A stretch of 64,000 bases of DNA from Alphaproteobacteria bacterium (GTDB taxonomy: Bacteria; Pseudomonadota; Alphaproteobacteria; UBA828). The position numbers and the translations under genes were made by a program. Within the stretch, counting starts at the first letter, position 1. Each line of letters starts with the position of its first letter. Positions 61,184-64,000 of the stretch are shown here, piece by piece. Where the stretch lies: assembly GCA_965214705.1 (NCBI GenBank), contig OZ243972.1, forward strand, positions 3,200,001 to 3,264,000, given 5' to 3'. Below the pieces are notes generated by a model, which worked only from the letters and a program-made list of their open reading frames with translations, made no database searches and was not told the origin of the DNA.

Positions 61184-62071
61184 CTAATCCTCCGGCGGCG
61201 CTGCACAGACCCGCTCGTAGGCGAAGCGCTCGGAGATCAGGCCGTTGTAAGCAAAGATATCGAGCGATGCCTCATAAGCTGGGCGGGTAATCTCGATATG
61301 CGGCGCCCAGCAGCCGAGTTGTTGGTAGGCGGCGATGCAGCGTTCAAGCGCCGCCAGATCGATCTCCGGAAAGTAGGGTTGTTCGGCGCGAGCGACCTCG
61401 GCGGCCGGCGTTTCGTTGAGCCAGAGCCGGGCCTTGCGATACGCGCGTGTAAAGGCCCGCGCCATGCGTGTTTCCAGCCAATCCGGCCGGGTGCACAAGC
61501 TGGAGAAGCCGCAGCGGCCGATCTGGCGGCCGACCTGCGCCACGACATGGCCGATGCCCTCCGCCTCCAGCTGTTGGGGAAACGGTCCCTGTTGCTGGAC
61601 GTACTGGCCCACGCCGTCGCGAAAGGCGCGGTCGATCTCCGCGGCATTGCCCGGATGGATCGCCTGCAGCCGGCCGTAATCGATACCCGCCTTGTGGCAG
61701 GCATACCTGAACATGGCGAGCGGCTGGCCGCCGCCGAACAGCACGACCTCAGCGCCCTCCAGCTTCCGCCAGTCGAAATTGGGGTCCGGCGCCCGCCCGG
61801 TGAGGAAAAAGCCGTCCATCTCGTTGATCTGGGCGAAGTGAACGACGCCGGGGTCCTCGCCCTTCGACAGCGGCCCAAAAGCCTGGCTCGGCGCCGACTG
61901 CACGACATCGGCGGTGCCTTCCCTCAGGGCCGCGATGGCGGAACCTCCCGGCGACGCGACCGACCAGTCCGCCTCCAGCCCCTCCTCAGTCAGGAACCCC
62001 CCGGCCATCGTCGCGATTAGTGGCGAATAGAAGGCCGAGAACAGGGTGAACTGGATGTCGATACGAGTCAT
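61184..62071 (-). CDS. NMT1/THI5-like substrate-binding-fold protein, orphan, no clear signal peptide
   Basis: SAFYSPL, F..EGL, HFAQIN..DGFF, QGP.PQQLE. Confidence 0.7.
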   Translation of the reverse strand: MTRIDIQFTLFSAFYSPLIATMAGGFLTEEGLEADWSVASPGGSAIAALREGTADVVQSAPSQAFGPLSKGEDPGVVHFAQINEMDGFFLTGRAPDPNFDWRKLEGAEVVLFGGGQPLAMFRYACHKAGIDYGRLQAIHPGNAAEIDRAFRDGVGQYVQQQGPFPQQLEAEGIGHVVAQVGRQIGRCGFSSLCTRPDWLETRMARAFTRAYRKARLWLNETPAAEVARAEQPYFPEIDLAALERCIAAYQQLGCWAPHIEITRPAYEASLDIFAYNGLISERFAYERVCAAPPED

Positions 62072-62459
62072 CGGCGGCGCTCCCTCAGCCGGATTGCAGC
62101 CGGCACGGAGTCTAACCCGCATTTCCCACCACGGTCATGGTCTGCCGCGCGAGCGCACAAACTCTTTGTACGTCAATAGCTTGAGAGACCACGGACACGA
62201 GTGAGGCGCCCGATCAAGGAAAATATTCACCAAGTAAGCACCCCGAAGTAAACTCCCGACCATTCCTGACCTCCAATCGTGGTATTCGTTCGGCGAAGCC
62301 GTGGTAGTTTGGGTGAGCGGCAGTTGTGAACGACCGTGGTGACCGGAAACCTCTTGGCTGCGTGCCCTGATGTCATGCGCAGGCCCGGCGCTTCCACGGC
62401 TCGGCCGAATGGTTTCCAATCGTGCGAAAGATTCCCAACAAGCGAGGAGGCATTGACCA

Positions 62460-62578
62460 CTATTCGAAGTCGCAGGCGCTCGCGCTCGTCCCCATCCATG
62501 GCCGTCCACCCTCGCGCTCGCCGAAGCAACCCTCGCGCCACGAACCCTCGTAGATCGTGCCATCGGCCGTGGTGTAGG
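62460..62578 (-). pseudogene. C-terminal remnant of a MORN-repeat protein abutting the IS
   Basis: YTTADGTIYEGSWREG MORN unit followed by CFGE...ACDFE*. Confidence 0.6.
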
Positions 62579-63942
62579 CCCCATAAGCGCTAACTTGTTT
62601 GTCATGTCGGCACTCCGTATTGTGGGTTGGTGCGCGCTGCGGGGAGGCTTGGCGGATGGACGAGGAGTGGGAAGTGGTGTCGTTGTTTCTGCCCGAGGGC
62701 TGGCGGGAGTTGGCACGGGAGACCGGGGCCTTGAAGGGTCTGCGCAAGGACAAGTCGGTCGATGCCCTGCTGCGCACGCTGTTGCTGCATCTGGCCTGCG
62801 GACACTCGCTGCGCGAGACCGTGGTGCGTGCGAGGAAGGCGAACCTGGCCGATCTGTCCGACGTGGCCTTGTTGAAGCGGCTGAGGAAGTCGGGGGATTG
62901 GCTTCACGCGTTGTGCGTCGCGCTGTTTCGCGAACAGGGGATGGCGATGTCGGCCGCTGGCGGGTTCCAGGTCAGGGCCTTCGACGCGACGACGGTGAAG
63001 GAGCCGGGCCGGACCGGGGCGCTGTGGCGCCTGCACTACAGCGTGCGCCTTCCGTCGCTGGCGTGCGACTTCTTCAAGCTCACGGCGAGCGAGGGACGGG
63101 GCACGGGCGAGGCGTTCTCGCAGTTCCCGGTCGGCGAGGGCGACTTTGTGCTCGCCGACCGGGCGTACTCGACTGCTGCGGGCCTCCACCACGTGGTGTC
63201 TGCGGGGGGTCACGTCACCGTGCGCGTGAACACCGGGTCGCTGTCGCTTCGAACGCGCGACGGCGCGCCGTTCGACCTGCTTGCACACGTCACGACGCTG
63301 AAGCGGGTCGGCAGCGTGCGATCCTGGCCCGTGCTGGCGGTCGGCGACGGCATCGCGGTGCCGGGGCGCGTGTGCGCGATCAGAAAGACGCAGGAAGCCA
63401 TCAGGCTGGCGCAGCGCAAGCTGCGCAAGGAGGCCGGGCGCAAGGGCAAGCAGGTTCGGCCGCGAACCCTGGAGTTCGCGCGCTACGTCATCGTGTTCAC
63501 GACCTTTCCCGAAGCGGCCTTCAGCGCGGCGCAGGTCCTGGAGTGGTATCGCACCCGCTGGCAGGTCGAACTGGTCTTCAAGCGCTTCAAGTCTCTGGCG
63601 CAGTTGGGGCATCTGCCCAAATACGACGACGAGAGCGCCAAGGCGTGGCTCTACGGCAAACTCCTGGTGGCGCTGCTGGTGGAAAAGCTGATCCGTCATG
63701 CCGGCACGGTTTCCCCCTGGGGATACAGCCTGGAGGCGCTGCCGGCCGCACAGCGCCTGGCGTGACTTCAGGTTCATGCTCAACCAGGGCGTGCGAGCCA
63801 TCGAACCCCATTTGTCCCTCGCCGAGGTGATCGACCAATGGAACCAGATCTCCAAATCCCTCTCCGAACCGTCCCGACGGCGCCTGACCCAAACCGCGGA
63901 ACGCTTCATCGAAGAACCGCAAACAAGTTAGCGAATGTGGGG
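62579..63942 (+). mobile_element. IS4-family insertion sequence
   Basis: Imperfect 23-bp IRs CCCCATAAGCGCTAACTTGTTTG / CAAACAAGTTAGCGAATGTGGGG (20/23, perfect 14-bp core); no clear target duplication; exact ends uncertain. Confidence 0.75.
62656..63765 (+). CDS. IS4-family DDE transposase
   Basis: FDATT, LADRAY, YRTRWQVELVFKRFKS (YREK motif). Confidence 0.92.
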   Translation: MDEEWEVVSLFLPEGWRELARETGALKGLRKDKSVDALLRTLLLHLACGHSLRETVVRARKANLADLSDVALLKRLRKSGDWLHALCVALFREQGMAMSAAGGFQVRAFDATTVKEPGRTGALWRLHYSVRLPSLACDFFKLTASEGRGTGEAFSQFPVGEGDFVLADRAYSTAAGLHHVVSAGGHVTVRVNTGSLSLRTRDGAPFDLLAHVTTLKRVGSVRSWPVLAVGDGIAVPGRVCAIRKTQEAIRLAQRKLRKEAGRKGKQVRPRTLEFARYVIVFTTFPEAAFSAAQVLEWYRTRWQVELVFKRFKSLAQLGHLPKYDDESAKAWLYGKLLVALLVEKLIRHAGTVSPWGYSLEALPAAQRLA

Positions 63943-64000
63943 AGGTGGGCCGCCTGACACCCCGAAACATGGTCCGGTGCGCGTCGTGCGGCGACTGTGC

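Overview
High-GC (roughly 65-70% by eye) alphaproteobacterial chromosome segment; the purC-purS-purQ-purL-bolA-grxD and gor/DAHP-II/nadE/cysS/rpsD gene sets point to a Rhodospirillales-like organism. Positions 1-38 kb are an accessory catabolic island that looks geared to polar N-containing compounds. It has three modules. (i) A phenylphosphate-synthase/CreH-like gene is divergent from an operon of Lrp, a triple-domain RidA, a NitT/TauT ABC importer and a toluene/isoprene-type soluble di-iron monooxygenase (alpha, gamma, effector, beta; no ferredoxin or reductase gene). (ii) A divergent urease-like nickel enzyme operon (ureABCEFGD; metal ligands intact, substrate loops remodelled) runs into ATP-dependent hydantoinase A/B and sits back-to-back with a LuxR solo and an Urt-like importer. 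(iii) A flavin monooxygenase, a Dpp-type importer with one degenerate ATP site, and a dihydropyrimidinase. Positions 38-43 kb hold an NYN nuclease gene with a structured, terminated leader, a lipoprotein gene with an in-frame amber stop, and a complete ISAs1 element carrying a DUF4338 fusion. Positions 43-62 kb are mostly housekeeping genes plus a vapBC pair. The window ends in an IS4-family element next to a MORN-repeat remnant. All family calls come from motif recognition and remembered reference sequences; no database search was run.
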